From Tractidigestivibacter montrealensis (GTDB taxonomy: Bacteria; Actinomycetota; Coriobacteriia; Coriobacteriales; Atopobiaceae), in assembly GCF_024741235.1 (NCBI RefSeq), contig NZ_JANSKA010000001.1, forward strand, positions 537,133-561,132: DNA of 24,000 nt. The letters are read 5' to 3'. How positions within the stretch are numbered: position 1 is the stretch's first letter; each line of letters starts with the position of its first letter. A program made the position numbers and the translations under genes. Positions 15,074 to 21,485 of this stretch are shown here, in pieces. The notes under the pieces are model-generated. The model was not told the DNA's origin. It made no database searches and saw only the letters and a list, made by a program, of their open reading frames with translations.

Positions 15074-16041
15074 ACGGACGAGAGGAGCTTGTGCTCAGGT
15101 GCGCCCAGCGGCGCCGCGAGAAGATAGGCACCCTATCTGACGAGGGGTTTGCCGAGCTGTGCCTGGCCGTGCGAGAGAATCCCTCGGCCTTTGTCGACTC
15201 CCCCGAGCAGGCGTCGTTCGCCACGCTCGTTGGCGCGCTGGACGCATTCCACCGCGCCGGCGCCGATGATGACCTTCTCGACGACGAGGAGTTCCGCGCG
15301 GCACGCGAGCGCAGGTTGCAGACGCTCTCGGCAGCATGCGACCAGGCGCTCTCGCAGGACGGCGGCTGCCTGGACGCACGGCTCGTGCAGGTGCTTGCCG
15401 CAGACCTGGACCCCGACGACAGGCTCGACGCTCTTCTCGAGATCGAGGCCAAGGCAGACGCGGCGAACGAGCTCACCCTTGGCAGCACGGGTGACGCCTG
15501 GGACGACGTCTTCACGCGGCCGCGGCTGCGCCTGTGGGACGCCATCGCACGCACCTGCCTTGCAGGTGGCCGCTACCACATGGCGCTCGACGTCTCGCGC
15601 GGCCTCATGGCGGCGTCACCCAAAGACCAGGTTGGCGGCAGGCTCACAGCTGCGCTTGCCCTGGCGCGTCTGGAGGACGAGGAGGGCTTCAACGAGCTTG
15701 ACGCACGCCTTGCCGGTCGTGAGAACTCCTGGCTCAATCTGGGGCGCACCATCCTCCTCTACAAGCTGGGCCGCATGAACGCCGCGCGCCGTGCGCTACG
15801 CGGGTACGGCGAGCTCTGCGAGGGAGCGGCGTACGCCCTGCTCAGACCCACGTTTGTAGAGATCTACCTCCCCGACAGGCCCGAGGTTCCCGCAGGGGGC
15901 TTCGAGGAGGCAACGTTTGCCGTCCACGAGGCGGAGCCCATCATTGCGGACGTGCCAGACTTCATCGCCTGGGCGGACGGCTTCCCGTGGTTCCATGCTG
16001 CCGGCGAGGCATATGCGGAGGAGCACGGATACGACTGGTAG
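15070..16041 (+). CDS. Hypothetical alpha-helical repeat (TPR-like) protein, paralog 2
   Basis: The GTG start overlaps the upstream stop as GTGA at 15070-15073. It shares collinear blocks with paralog 1: RPRLRLWDAIARTCLAGGR vs RPYRRWMAALAEEALICGR, RLTAALALARLEDEEGF vs RFTLALAYAKLEDEASL, and WLNLGRTILLYK vs WMGIARLALAHK. Confidence 0.65.
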   Translation: MNGREELVLRCAQRRREKIGTLSDEGFAELCLAVRENPSAFVDSPEQASFATLVGALDAFHRAGADDDLLDDEEFRAARERRLQTLSAACDQALSQDGGCLDARLVQVLAADLDPDDRLDALLEIEAKADAANELTLGSTGDAWDDVFTRPRLRLWDAIARTCLAGGRYHMALDVSRGLMAASPKDQVGGRLTAALALARLEDEEGFNELDARLAGRENSWLNLGRTILLYKLGRMNAARRALRGYGELCEGAAYALLRPTFVEIYLPDRPEVPAGGFEEATFAVHEAEPIIADVPDFIAWADGFPWFHAAGEAYAEEHGYDW

Positions 16042-16072
16042 AGTGGCGTCGCTCTGATATACTCTCACCTGC

Positions 16073-16147
16073 GTCCCCATCGTCTAGCGGTCAGGACATC
16101 GCCCTTTCAAGGCGACGACACGAGTTCGAGTCTCGTTGGGGGCACCA
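16073..16147 (+). tRNA. tRNA-Glu (anticodon UUC)
   Basis: The cloverleaf folds by hand. Acceptor GTCCCCA pairs with TGGGGGC, the D arm is GTCT-AGCGGTCA-GGAC, the anticodon arm is TCGCC-CTTTCAA-GGCGA, and the T arm is ACGAG-TTCGAGT-CTCGT. It has discriminator A and an encoded CCA. It closely resembles E. coli tRNA-Glu. Confidence 0.95.
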
Positions 16148-16159
16148 TTTGCACCAGGC

Positions 16160-16195
16160 AGCGGCCGTCCCTAACCCAGGGGCGGCCGCTTTTTC
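16160..16195 (+). terminator. Rho-independent terminator after tRNA-Glu
   Basis: AGCGGCCGTCCC (16160-16171) pairs with GGGGCGGCCGCT (16179-16190). This is a 12-bp stem with one G-U pair and a 7-nt loop, followed by TTTTT. Confidence 0.85.
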
Positions 16196-16309
16196 GCAGA
16201 CAGAACAGACGGCACCGCCCCCGCGAACCGCGCCATCACGCTACTATGGCTGATAAGGTCACGTGCCCACGAGCGGCGCCGTGCCGCCCGCACCGAAGGG
16301 AGCTCGAGC

Positions 16310-16606
16310 ATGTCGGACAAGAAGAAGCGCATCCTCATCGCATGCGGCTCCGGCATTGTCACCTCGACAATCGCGCGCAAGAAGATCGAAGAGCTTCTCG
16401 ACGCGCACGGTTACAAGGGCAGCTACGAGATTGCGCAGGTGCCCCTGAGCACGGCACCCGAGAAGTCGAAGGACTGCGACTTCATGGTGGCAACCGCCAT
16501 CCATCCCTCCGAGCTGAGCTGCCCGTTTGTCGACGGCACCCCCTACCTCACCGGCACCGGCGAGAACGCCACTAACGAGCAGATCCTGCACCTCATGGAG
16601 CAGTAG
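16310..16606 (+). CDS. PTS EIIB component, galactitol (GatB)-type, stand-alone
   Basis: A 98-aa ORF after GAAGGGAG. MSDKKKRILIACGSGIVTSTIARKKIEELL carries the phospho-Cys loop (ACGSG..TS) of GatB-type EIIB. No EIIA or EIIC gene is present in this window. Confidence 0.85.
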   Translation: MSDKKKRILIACGSGIVTSTIARKKIEELLDAHGYKGSYEIAQVPLSTAPEKSKDCDFMVATAIHPSELSCPFVDGTPYLTGTGENATNEQILHLMEQ

Positions 16607-16639
16607 GTCCGCGGCTACGCCGCGCGGCGGAGCGCCAAC

Positions 16640-17638
16640 CTACCCCAGCCTGGCAAGCACGGAGGCCGCAATGCCCTCGGGCGTGAGCCCCGCGCGCTCC
16701 AGCAGGCGAGCCTGCTCGTCCGCCTCGGGATAGCCGTCGGGCGCACCCAGGCGCAGCAGCCCAGGGGTAGCGCCGCGGTCGAGCAGCTCCTCGGCGAGAA
16801 GTCCGCCAAGTCCGCCCACCACGCTGTGCTCCTCCACCGTCACGTCAAGCCGCGCGTTGGCGAGAAGCTCAACAACGTGCTGGTCAAGGGGCTTTATCGT
16901 ACCCACGGTCACCACGCGGCAGGAAAGCCCCCGCCCACGCAGCAGCTGGGCGGCAGCTAGCGCGCGAGACGCGATGGAGCCGCAGGTAGCAATCGCAACG
17001 TCTGCCATGCGGCCGGGCGCGTCATCCGCAAGTACGCGGCAGAGCCCAAGCTCGAAGTCCCCACTGGGAAGCGCAGGGTCGCCCGCGGGCGCCTGCGTGA
17101 TGCGCACGTAGGCCGGTCGCGGATTGCGCGCGAGCTCCGCAAGCGCACAGGCAAGCTCGGTGTTGGTCGCCGGTGCCACCACGGTGAGGCCCGGGATAGA
17201 GCGCATGCACGCAAGGTCCTCCAGGGCCATGTGGCTGGGGCCAAGGATGCCCGCGTGGTAGCCTGCGCCGAGCCCAACCAGCACGACCGGCGACTCCATC
17301 ATTCCCAAGTTGACGCGCACCTGGTCGAGCACGCGGGCCGTGATGAACGGCGCATAGGACGGCGCAAACACGTGGAAGCCCTCGTTGGCAAGGGCGGATG
17401 CAACCTCGACCTGGTTCTGCTCGGCAATACCGCACTGAACAACGGAGCCCGGCAGCTTTGAGCGCAGCACATCGAGCGCAAGTCGGCGGCCGTAGTCCGA
17501 GACAACGGCCATGACCTGCGGGTCATTCTCGGCAATCTTTCCAAGCGCCCGGCCAAAGGCCACGCGCGAGTCCAGCCGGTCGAACTCGGCCGGGTCTGCG
17601 ACGACCGCAGACTCCACAGCAACAGCTTCCCTAGACAT
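16640..17638 (-). CDS. Transketolase, C-terminal subunit (pyrimidine-binding plus C-terminal domains) of a split transketolase
   Basis: ORF 16640..17677 trimmed to the ATG at 17636-17638, which overlaps the upstream stop by 8 nt. Matching blocks are GIAEQNQVEVASALANEGFHVFAPSYAPF, GPSHMALEDLACMRSIPGLTVVAP and TVEEHSVVGGLG. Confidence 0.9.
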   Translation of the reverse strand: MSREAVAVESAVVADPAEFDRLDSRVAFGRALGKIAENDPQVMAVVSDYGRRLALDVLRSKLPGSVVQCGIAEQNQVEVASALANEGFHVFAPSYAPFITARVLDQVRVNLGMMESPVVLVGLGAGYHAGILGPSHMALEDLACMRSIPGLTVVAPATNTELACALAELARNPRPAYVRITQAPAGDPALPSGDFELGLCRVLADDAPGRMADVAIATCGSIASRALAAAQLLRGRGLSCRVVTVGTIKPLDQHVVELLANARLDVTVEEHSVVGGLGGLLAEELLDRGATPGLLRLGAPDGYPEADEQARLLERAGLTPEGIAASVLARLG

Positions 17639-19289
17639 GGCCCACCTCCCGACCAAGCTCCCTGACCGCCCGCGCATAGAGCTCGTCGGTCAGCTTGTTG
17701 TCGTGCCACTCCACGCAGTTCTCGGCAAACGAGAGGCCCTTCCCCTTGGTGGTGTGGGCAAGCACGGCCCGCGGCCGCGTATGGCTTGGCGCAAGCACGC
17801 TCCAGAGGGCGCTCACGTCGTGGCCGTCCACCTCGATTGCCTCGAAGCCAAAGGCGCGGAACTTCTCCGCGAGGCTGCCCGTGTCGAGAATCTGCGCCGT
17901 AGGGCCATCGAGCTGCAGCCCGTTGACGTCGACGATAACCGTGAGCGACGCCAACCCCATATGCCCTGCAAGCGCGGCAGCCTCCCAGACCGAGCCCTCG
18001 TTGCATTCGCCATCGCCAAGAAGGCAGAAGACGCGTGAGCCGCTCGCACGCCTGTTTGCGGCAATCGCAAGGCCGCACGCATAGCCCAGCCCCATGCCCA
18101 GACTGCCACCGGAGGTCTCGATGCCACGAGCGGGGTCTCGCCTGGGGTGCTTGAACAGCACCGCATTGGGGCCGAGAAGCCCGCGGTCAATGTCCTCCTG
18201 CGAGACCAGGCCCGCATGAAGCAGGGCCGGGTAGAGCGCGAGAGAGGCGTGACCCTTGGAGAGCACAAAGCGGTCGCGCTGCTCCCAGGGGGTGCCGTCC
18301 GCTCCAGTGCGCATAACGCCCCCGTAGAGCACGGCGAGAATCTCTGCCGCAGAGAGGCTGCCACCCAGGTGGAACGGCATGTTTGGGTTAGCGTGCGCAA
18401 ACTCGACGACGGTCTTGCGAATGTCCAGGGCCAGACCGGAGAGCCGACGCCGTTCAGAGGGGGCAAGCGCGGGGGCAAGCGCCGTGGGTAGCCAGCCGTC
18501 CTGGACCGAGGTCCCAGCCACCTCCTGGCCGGCACGCAGCCAGGTGAGGCCCCACTCGATGACCGTTGCGTCCGCAAGGCCTATGGTCTGGCGCAGCACC
18601 AGCACGGGGTCGTTCTCGCCACATCCCAGCGCCTCCGCGCGTTCCCCTGCCGAAGAGGCGGAGTAGCGCAACTTCGACCAGGTAATCTTTCGGCCAGAGC
18701 AGCGCTCCACGGCGTCGAAAGCCGTCTCACACGAGAAGTCCGCATCTTCCAGGCCCGGGCACTCCCCCAGGTTCTCCCAGCCCTCCTGGCAGATGACCGG
18801 CTTGCCGTCGACAGTGCGAACGCGCAGCAGGTAGAGCACCGGACTGCCCGGCTGTATGCGCAGGTGCTCGGCAACGTCTGCGGGAGCGGGGATCACGCGC
18901 TTCTCGAGGACGTGGGTCACAAAGTCTTTGCCCTGCTCGCGGAGGGACTCGCCAAACGAGAGGGACCGCTCGCCTGCGGGATGCGAGAGAGCGCGCTCCG
19001 AGACAAAGGTGCCCGAGCCGCGCACCTGGACGAGAAATCCCTCGTCCACGAGCTCGCTGATGGCGCGGCGCACGGTACCGCGCGAAATGCCAAAGCGGGC
19101 CATGAGCTCGTGCTCGGAGGGAATACGTGAACCGGGGGCCCACTCGTGCAGGCCGATCTTCTCGCGCAGGAGGGCGGCCAGCTGCGAGTACACCGGGGCA
19201 GAGCCCGCCTTGCCTGCAGAGCGCTCTGTGGACCTGCTCGCCACCGCCTGTGGCGCGCCCCCAAACGCATCCATGCCGTTCTCTGCCAT
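17631..19289 (-). CDS. Fusion protein: GntR-family HTH plus UTRA (HutC-like) effector domain joined to the N-terminal TPP-binding half of a split transketolase
   Basis: ORF 17631..19490 trimmed to the ATG at 19287-19289 (GGGGGAGGGG upstream), because the longer form overlaps tRNA-Leu. Residues ~32-100 are a GntR HTH (PSEHELMARFGISRGTVRRAISELVDEGFLVQVRGSGTFV) and ~105-255 are UTRA-like. An Ala/Pro linker is encoded at ~18444-18524. Transketolase N-terminal motifs follow: HLGGSLSAAEILAVLY, SKGHASLALY, LLGDGECNEGSVWEA and VDVNGLQLDG. Confidence 0.8.
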   Translation of the reverse strand: MAENGMDAFGGAPQAVASRSTERSAGKAGSAPVYSQLAALLREKIGLHEWAPGSRIPSEHELMARFGISRGTVRRAISELVDEGFLVQVRGSGTFVSERALSHPAGERSLSFGESLREQGKDFVTHVLEKRVIPAPADVAEHLRIQPGSPVLYLLRVRTVDGKPVICQEGWENLGECPGLEDADFSCETAFDAVERCSGRKITWSKLRYSASSAGERAEALGCGENDPVLVLRQTIGLADATVIEWGLTWLRAGQEVAGTSVQDGWLPTALAPALAPSERRRLSGLALDIRKTVVEFAHANPNMPFHLGGSLSAAEILAVLYGGVMRTGADGTPWEQRDRFVLSKGHASLALYPALLHAGLVSQEDIDRGLLGPNAVLFKHPRRDPARGIETSGGSLGMGLGYACGLAIAANRRASGSRVFCLLGDGECNEGSVWEAAALAGHMGLASLTVIVDVNGLQLDGPTAQILDTGSLAEKFRAFGFEAIEVDGHDVSALWSVLAPSHTRPRAVLAHTTKGKGLSFAENCVEWHDNKLTDELYARAVRELGREVGHV

Positions 19290-19460
19290 GCTGCCCCTCC
19301 CCCACTCCAAGCGCATCGAAGTTGCGAGACATAGTTGTACACCACTTGTCCCTACGTAGGACACGCAACGGGATGTTCTGGGCGCATGCGCCAAAACAAC
19401 ACGCCAGCGGCAGACCGGCGAACCTGTTGGCCAAGACCGCGGCACAGGATTAACAAAGGC

Positions 19461-19545
19461 TGGTAGGGGCGGTGGGACTCGAACCCACAATCCTTTCGGC
19501 GAGGGATTTTAAGTCCCCTGCGTATGCCAATTCCGCCACGCCCCC
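19461..19545 (-). tRNA. tRNA-Leu (anticodon UAA), class II with a long variable arm
   Basis: The minus-strand sequence is GGGGGCGTGGCGGAATTGGCATACGCAGGGGACTTAAAATCCCTCGCCGAAAGGATTGTGGGTTCGAGTCCCACCGCCCCTACCA. The anticodon arm is GGGGA-CTTAAAA-TCCCT and the T arm is GTGGG-TTCGAGT-CCCAC. CCA is encoded. Confidence 0.9.
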
Positions 19546-19562
19546 AGCTTGTCTTGGGAACC

Positions 19563-20561
19563 CTACTCCCCAGACGGCCGAAGCGGTCTCATGGTGGGCT
19601 TCCACACCACCGGAGACTCGCGCCCATCTAGCATAGCAGCAGCGACAATGGAAAGGCCAAAGAGAAGGTCGCTCTCGCTCACCGTAAGGCTCGAGAAGCC
19701 CGTCTGGCGCACAAGTTCTGAGACCGCAACGGCACCGCCCAGGATCACGGGAGCGCGCTTGGCCTGGATTCCCTTGAGCGCGGCACGCTCCTCCTGCGTG
19801 AGTGAGGCAAGGCGGCGCTCGAGCTCATCGACCTTCTCGCCAGAGAGCTCGTGAAGGTGCACGTACGCAGGGTCATATGGGTCGAGACCGGCGTCGATGG
19901 CCACCAGCGTGGTGACCGTGCCGCCCGTGACCACGAGCGTCTTGGGGTCACCAAGGCGACCCCCTGCCTCTTTAAGCGCCTGCGAGAAGGTCTGTGCGGC
20001 GTACTCGTGGGCTTGGGCCAGGTCCTCTGCGGAAGGCGGATCCTCGCGAGAGAGGAAGCGCTCCGTGAGGCGCCTGCAGCCAACCTGGACCGAGGTGACC
20101 CACCCCAGGTCAAGCGTGCCGCCGGAAAGCTCGCCCACGGCCAGCTCGGTCGAGCCGCCGCCGTTGTCGGCCACCAGGATGCGACGCCCGTCGAAGTCCT
20201 GCGCAACGCCCATGAACGTGAGGGCACCCTCAATTTGCCCTGGAATGATAAGAGGATCGAGGCCAAGCGAGGCAAGCGCCGCACCAAGCTCGGGCGAGTT
20301 GGAGGCGTCGCGTGCGGCACTTGTGAGGGTGCAGCACACGGCCTCGGCACCAGACTCGCGCGCCGAGTTCACATACGCCTTTGCGCAGGCAAAGACGCGC
20401 TCCATGGCCTCCTGCGCAAGTTTGCCCGTTCTGTCAACGTCCTGCCCCAAGTTGCAGATATTCGACTGCTTGCCCAGTCGCACGACGCGGGACCCCTCGA
20501 CGTCCGCCACCGCTAGGCGGCAGGTGACCGTGCCAATGTCGATGACTGCAACCCTGCGCAT
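19563..20561 (-). CDS. Ppx/GppA-family phosphatase (exopolyphosphatase / guanosine pentaphosphate phosphohydrolase-like)
   Basis: A 332-aa ORF. MRRVAVIDIGTVTCRLAVADV and ILVADNGGGSTELAVG are the ASKHA phosphate-binding loops typical of Ppx/GppA. The start overlaps the upstream stop as TAATG at 20559-20563. Confidence 0.88.
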   Translation of the reverse strand: MRRVAVIDIGTVTCRLAVADVEGSRVVRLGKQSNICNLGQDVDRTGKLAQEAMERVFACAKAYVNSARESGAEAVCCTLTSAARDASNSPELGAALASLGLDPLIIPGQIEGALTFMGVAQDFDGRRILVADNGGGSTELAVGELSGGTLDLGWVTSVQVGCRRLTERFLSREDPPSAEDLAQAHEYAAQTFSQALKEAGGRLGDPKTLVVTGGTVTTLVAIDAGLDPYDPAYVHLHELSGEKVDELERRLASLTQEERAALKGIQAKRAPVILGGAVAVSELVRQTGFSSLTVSESDLLFGLSIVAAAMLDGRESPVVWKPTMRPLRPSGE

Positions 20562-21397
20562 TAGTTACCGCTTCCCGAGGTATCCGTGTGGTACTGGAAG
20601 ATGACGTCTGCGACGTTCACGTACCAGGGGACATCCGCCGAGACGACCGTACCCGTGCCCATGGGAGTGGCGTCGGCGCTGGTATCCGAGAGGCCCTCGA
20701 CCACCACGCCCGTCTCACCCTCGCCAACGTAGCCGCGCTCGCGCGCGAGGTCCTGGACACCCTCTGGTGTCATGAGGGCATCGACCTCGCTGGTGAGTTG
20801 GTCGTTGCTCTGAGTGGTGGCGTCGTAGGTGGCCTGGAGGTCAAACCCCGAGCGCCAGGCGGCGTACAGATTGCATGCGGGGCCGTAGAGCATGATCACC
20901 GTGACGATAACAACGGTGGCGATGATAACCGGGAGGCGATGCGCGCCCGCAAACTCCTCAGCACGCGAGACCGTCGCGGAGGCCGCAGACGTAGCGCCCG
21001 ACGCGACATCTGCTGCCCTTGAGGCAACATCCGAGACGGCGCTGGGGGCATGTTCAGCAGCACGCTGCGAGCGGTGCCCGGTGCGAGTGCGCGTGCGGGT
21101 GCGGGTAGTACTAGCGGCACCCACAGAGCGGGTCGCGATTGCGCGACTGACGGAGGCGCCGCGGGAGGCGCGCCGGCGAACTGCGGAAGCCTGGGCGCGA
21201 CCGGAGCACGAGCGCGTAGCGGTGCCCGTGCCCACGTGGTGACCGGTAGGACCGTCCTCCTCAACGCGAACGCCCTCCATCACGGAGGAGAAGGCCGAAC
21301 GATGGGTTCTACCTGCAGAATAGGTGTAGACCGCCGGTCTTGGCGACACGTCTGTGGAGCCTCTCAACGCAATTTCTGTGCCCGAATATCTGCTCAT
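20561..21397 (-). CDS. Septum formation initiator (FtsB/DivIC-like) protein with a long disordered R/S/T/A-rich N-terminal region
   Basis: It has a single TM segment (LPVIIATVVIVTVIMLYGPACNLYAAW) followed by a coiled-coil-like stretch (LQATYDATTQSNDQLTSEVDALMTPEGVQDLARERGYVGEGE), which is the usual FtsB/DivIC C-terminal pattern. The start is uncertain because the SD at 21397 is weak and internal Met codons exist. Its position directly upstream of ppx matches the actinobacterial gene order as I recall it. Confidence 0.6.
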   Translation of the reverse strand: MSRYSGTEIALRGSTDVSPRPAVYTYSAGRTHRSAFSSVMEGVRVEEDGPTGHHVGTGTATRSCSGRAQASAVRRRASRGASVSRAIATRSVGAASTTRTRTRTRTGHRSQRAAEHAPSAVSDVASRAADVASGATSAASATVSRAEEFAGAHRLPVIIATVVIVTVIMLYGPACNLYAAWRSGFDLQATYDATTQSNDQLTSEVDALMTPEGVQDLARERGYVGEGETGVVVEGLSDTSADATPMGTGTVVSADVPWYVNVADVIFQYHTDTSGSGN

Positions 21398-21429
21398 GCC
21401 GTTGCTTCGTTTCTAGTTTGGTTTGGCGT

Positions 21430-21453
21430 GACAGCGCGGATGCACCGCGTGTC
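21430..21453 (-). other. Stem-loop between the MazG-fusion stop and the FtsB-like start
   Basis: GACAGCGCGG-atgca-CCGCGTGTC forms about a 9-bp stem with one bulge. There is no U-tract, so it is not called as a terminator. Confidence 0.25.
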
Positions 21454-21485
21454 CCAGTGTATACCAGAAGTGCCCGCGGCCAGGC

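Noticed and set aside
14880-15579. Minus-strand ORFs 14880..15554 and 15133..15579, and plus-strand off-frame ORFs 15149..15778 and 14841..15140
   Set aside because: They overlap the paralog pair in other frames. They are Ser/Arg/Pro-rich, and the sense frames show mutual homology that the alternatives lack.
16607-16639. CCGCGG-containing GC-rich segment between the convergent EIIB and transketolase stops, considered as a terminator
   Set aside because: It offers only imperfect 5-6 bp pairing and has no U-tract on either strand.
17299-19490. Off-frame ORFs inside the transketolase genes (17299..18078, 17813..18577, 18727..19434 and others), and the 19290..19490 extension of the fusion ORF
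   Set aside because: The alternative frames have no motifs. The N-terminal extension (MWVRVPPPLP...) overlaps tRNA-Leu on the same strand, and a strong SD precedes the ATG at 19289.
16073-19545. The tRNA-Glu to tRNA-Leu interval considered as an integrated genomic island
   Set aside because: It has no integrase or recombinase. I noticed no repeat of a tRNA 3' end, and its GC content and codon style look like the rest of the window. I report only the odd gene content, as a finding.
21077-21110. TRTRTRTRT peptide repeat / (ACN-CGC)n-like DNA repeat inside the FtsB-like gene
   Set aside because: It is a short, imperfect, low-complexity stretch within a disordered region, not a tandem-repeat locus or a CRISPR-like array.
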